Position numbers and translations under genes: made by a program. Positions 59,605 through 64,000 of a DNA stretch of 64,000 nucleotides are shown here, in pieces. Numbering within the stretch: the stretch's first letter is position 1; each line of letters starts with the position of its first letter. The stretch comes from Phoronis australis (taxonomy: Eukaryota > Animalia > Phoronida): the NCBI GenBank assembly GCA_002633005.1, contig NMRA01000039.1:365225-429224 (forward strand), given 5' to 3'. The notes beneath the pieces were generated by a model, which was not told the origin of the DNA, did not search any database, and saw only the letters and a program-made list of their open reading frames with translations.

Positions 59605-60806
59605 ATATAAATATCATTCCATGCCCTATTCATACAGTATAATTATGTCAATAAGCGTGACCTGCACCCTTATGATAACCCGCCAAGAATATCTGTACCT
59701 TTTGTCCTCGCTCAGGCACTGGCTCGCTACACCAGCCTAAGACTTATCACTGCCTTATTGAGTCTGAAAGGATTCAGTTTAACGCTTTAGCTGCCAATAA
59801 AGTTACTTTTCAATTTACGTTTAAGGATGGTAACAAACAAATTAACCAACCCCATCTGCAATGCTACATTTTAACCATCTACCCGCAGGAAGATCCACCG
59901 TCTTGTTATACGGTACAAGTAGACATGGACTTCTAGGCGTTCATGATTTAGTTGCCTAGGTGTCCTCGTTGTCTATGCGACTCGTCTAAACTTAATTCGC
60001 TGTGGTGTAGATTTTTATTATTGATATCGTTTACGGTAATTCCTCGTTCATTTAGCTCACAATCTTGGCCAACAAGTGAAATTCTATTTTGTCAAAATTT
60101 CTCTACAAAAATTAAGATTGAGATTACTTTATTCTGTTAGGACTACCGGGGTTTTTCTCACTGTAGACGTCATATAACAACTTGCCCAATGTTGCCGTAA
60201 AGTAATCAGTCTTTGAAAAATTGGAAATGGACAATGTTGGCATATTTCTGTGCCATATAAGTGGTGAATTACTTAGGTATTATGCGTTTGTCGTATAATT
60301 TTTCGAACATATAAAAATGACTTTTATAACTTTCGTGTCTCCTTACATTTCGGTGCGTTAGTGCTCTGCGTGTGTATGTTTAGTATTGTTTTACCCCGAA
60401 GACAACTAGTTGAAGTATTCGGCGAAGCAGGTATGAGATGTGTAAAGTACAGGATTACTCGAGTGTGTCTCAGACAACAGTTCAATAGCCGTTAAGATCT
60501 TTTTCATCAAAATATTAAGAATTTCCTTTTTTTCTGTTTCATTTTCGCCACTGCAAGGCAGTGAACTTCAATTGTGCTTAATTAAACCACCTCAGATAAG
60601 TTACTCGTGAGCTCATTTTGCCCATCACATAATGTGGCCGATGTCATTAAAAAGTGTTGAGACTGACCACAAGGGATTCAATCCAATAATTAGTCAAAGA
60701 TTGGAAACATTATAAGTTTTGATTCACGCCTAAAATTATAAAAAATCTAAGCTGAGCATGAATGCCAAGCCATTTCTGAAAAACAAAAAGGTTCATGTAG
60801 ACTCAC

Positions 60807-62050
60807 CCTGCTATAACAATGCAGGAATTCAAAAGGCCCTATATGAGCCTTTATAAAACCGTTCACATAGCTCTTTCGTAGAACATGATAGAGCGGGGGT
60901 ACTTACTCAAAAATTTTACACTGAGGGAAATGGCCTCTTTGCTTACATCAAACCAAAAATAGAATGATTAGTTCTAGCTTGTACCTGAGGACTCGTTTTG
61001 AAGTCTAGTGCGTGTAACTATTTAAAGAACAATCGCAAAGTATCTACCTGAAGGCGACCCATAAATGTACTCTTTCCTTTGCAGTCACCAATTTAAAACA
61101 CAGGGTGACTTTCATCAGTTGAAAGATATCAGTAGAATATAACGTTTCGTAACTTTCAGACCTGCTTTTGTTTGTCCTATTTTTTTTAAATGGACTTGGT
61201 TTCCTCAGTAACCTCATTACTTTTGGCGGGAGTTGAGTGAGTACCCATAATGCCTGAGTCATCTGTCACTCACTTCCGTTGGCCATTTCATTTGGCGGTG
61301 CACCACCAAAATAGAAATTAAACTTAACATTGAGTTATCTTGAGTGACCATTATATGGGCTTAAGTTTCGATTGAACTAACTTGCTTTAAAATTCTTATG
61401 ATTTTTTTATTAAAATGAAGCGGAAAGTGTATCTTTAAACGTGGCGTTCCCGAGAGTTTTGAAGGAGGCCGAGGTCCTGATAATAATTGCCGGGATTTTT
61501 TAAATAATACCCTTCAGGTACTCGGTCGCTCCTGTCCTTATTGTTCGTGTATAGACGTGTCATGCAGGTAGTCAGGTATGCAAGATAACTCCTGGGGGTA
61601 TTCTTTGTGCAATGGCTTGTGTTCGTGAAACACGCACTCTGCGGCAGCTTGATTTCTCAGGAGAAGGGCACGTAGTGCGATCGGCTAGTCGACACTGAGG
61701 TCTAAGTCAACCTGGTGCGATGTTGCCTGACGTTATTTCAGGCACAGTTGTAGGTTACTTGTTGAAGTGCAAGGTCTCTGGTGTCTGTATTTTCCACTCA
61801 AACTATCTGTAATAGACGTCACGGACAACAATAGACACCCTCTAATCGGACTTACTTTACATTTTATAACCGGCAACTTGCGAACAAGCTCCACAACTGG
61901 TACATGATCGTTTGGACACATTTCTATGACGGGCGTGAGACTCGCCCCGCCCACGTTTTCGCACCAGTCAACCACGCCGTGGTGGTAGATCAGCTTCGGG
62001 CCAGCCGTGTTTAGCAAGATGGAGTAAATCTTGTCGTCGCTGAGTATACC
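60807..62050 (-). pseudogene. Possible terminal nucleotidyltransferase (TUT1/MTPAP-like) multi-exon pseudogene
   Basis: Exon 62050-61856 (GTAAGT donor) spliced to an exon starting 61726 gives RKLPVIKCK-ATSHQVDLDLSVD*PIALR, like the P-x-[IV]-K...D-[IL]-S..N..AL motif; in-frame stops; further donors near 61047 and 60806. Confidence 0.4.
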
Positions 62051-64000
62051 CTCATGTCATAAAATAAACAATTTACTGTAACAGAAACCTGACAGGAGAA
62101 CAAATGTAAAGAAAATTTAACCTTCTTTCTGTCCTCTGATGTAGAGGTCGCGTTCCCGCAGAGATAAAATTTCTCTCCGCCGGTACCTTAGTCTTAAAAT
62201 AACAACGAACTGTGTGTCTGAAATTTTGCTGCAAAATTTGATTATCGAGAACAATCTATTGAAGCCCTAGTTTCCAAACGAACTGTGTCGATGAGACGAT
62301 TTTTGCACAAAAAGCGGGGGTGATTTTGATTGAAGGGATTAGGCCAGACTAAACAACTGAGCGAAGCCAGAAGGAGTGAAATTTATAATAGTTGTCTGTG
62401 TGTTTTCTATTTTCTGTCTGTCTGGAGGGTTGTAAGGAATCAGCTGAAGATTGAAACAAAATGTGCAAACATGAAAATGTCCAACGAAGTTCGCTGATTT
62501 CGGTTGGACCTTGTCTGCATTGTGTGCCTGCCGTATATTTTTGAGCTGACGTTGTGTCACTTAGCTGCCCTGCGCACAATTTAATTGTTGCGCGAGTTTT
62601 GCGTGTGCACATTTTTAGACTCTGTCCAAAGGCGAATATGGACTCTAAAGGAATAATGAGAGACGTCTTGTGCACAAAGGACTGTGGGACAGGGGTCCGC
62701 ACCGCTAACATACGTAGATATCCGATCTGTAGAGGTCATTTCATTCACCGATGCCGATTTCAAGCAGCCAGATTGCAGCTATCAAACAGTAGATACAAGT
62801 GAACAGGTAGTATCTAGAAAAAAATCAAGTGCCAGCTCGGCGAGCGGACGACCGCCTACGTGACTCTTTCTAGTCTGGATTAGAGAACCGTTTTTCGCAA
62901 ATTTATACTCCAAGGATGGGATGCGTACGCATCGAATTTCACTGTCCAATGGCGGGTCATGTTTTATTTTTTCATGTCAGGCGAACTAATAATCCAAGTT
63001 ATCAAATACAAATGCGAACAACAGTTTTAGTTCAGTTTGTGTTCGGTTTGACGGTATTTTTGGATTGTCATTATCTCAAACTTGTTTACTTTTAGTTTGC
63101 AGATTTTCCTGCCTCCGGGAGCACGACAAGTTTCGCTTTATCCGTCGATAGTTCGTAGTTAAAGGGCAATATTTCCTGTATAAATGCGTTATTAGTTAAT
63201 TTGGCATATTTCCCTGGGCGGTATTTTTTCTATTGATAGTCGAGTTTTGTCAAAACGGATTCAATAAACTAAGGTGCTAATTCTTCAAACCCGAAGTGTG
63301 GCTTTGTGCGATGGTCGCACAGTCATGATGCAAACACTGTGTGTACGGTCAGCTGAATAGCCTTTGTATTTCATCGTCAGTTTTTCAGTGGGATCATTGG
63401 TCAAGTAAATTGTTTTACCGGGGCTTGGACTGAAACGCAGCGGGCGTCTCCACCATTAAGCACAGTAACCGGAACGGAAAAGCAAGAAAACTCGGATGCA
63501 TGGGCTAACCTGTTCGGAACTTACTTATTCCCCTGTAACAGTGCCCTCTATAGGGGAGAGTGGCCTCTTGAAATGATGACAACAAAGACGGAATAGGTAG
63601 GTCTCTGATGACAATCAATACACGAGCCCACGGTTTCGAGCTGGGCATGCGCTGCACGTGAACAGTAGCGTGGTACACAACTACTTAGAACTGGGTAGAG
63701 TTCAACGATGATAGTACCTCGCTAGAAAAGCAAGATGTCGCGAGATTCTTCGATATATTGTTGTGTATTTGCAATGAGAGCACGTAATTTTGACCAATTT
63801 TTTCTCGCCCCGAGACAGCTATTTAACTCTACTCCGGTTTTTACATTCCACTTCATCGAAACCCCATAATAAAATGCAAATATCTCTTAAAATGACGCGT
63901 GAATGGCGAAAACAGCGTAATGAATATATTTATGCGATGAGTTCGTGAATGCCATGGGGTTGTTGGCCAGTGTCGGAAAACATCGACTGCTTTTCTTCTT

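Overview
Animal (invertebrate-like, AT-rich) genomic DNA. The main feature is a complete minus-strand clade-A fibrillar procollagen gene (ATG 40564 to stop 12028). It encodes a signal peptide, vWC domain, minor helix, N-telopeptide, major Gly-X-Y helix and COLFI C-propeptide, and I traced it exon by exon. It has 37 coding exons, but three (54, 108 and 162 nt) are equal-length diverged twins of their upstream neighbours. Using one exon of each pair gives exactly the canonical 337-338-triplet helix, which points to three mutually exclusive exon pairs inside the major triple helix. RBFOX-type and STAR/QKI-type motifs lie around these pairs. The mRNA also has a start-codon hairpin with a mini-uORF and two interleaved 3'UTR stems. 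The flanks hold a tRNA-like 778-bp tandem repeat, Kolobok/THAP elements, nested hAT/Harbinger/MITE insertions, a truncated Penelope copy with a hammerhead ribozyme, a Tx1/L1 fragment, an 889-bp foldback, a decaying tRNA-Lys(CTT) tandem array with one intact gene, and a probable nucleotidyltransferase pseudogene. A 466-bp duplication around a single N is probably an assembly artefact. All coordinates were read by hand; no searches were run.
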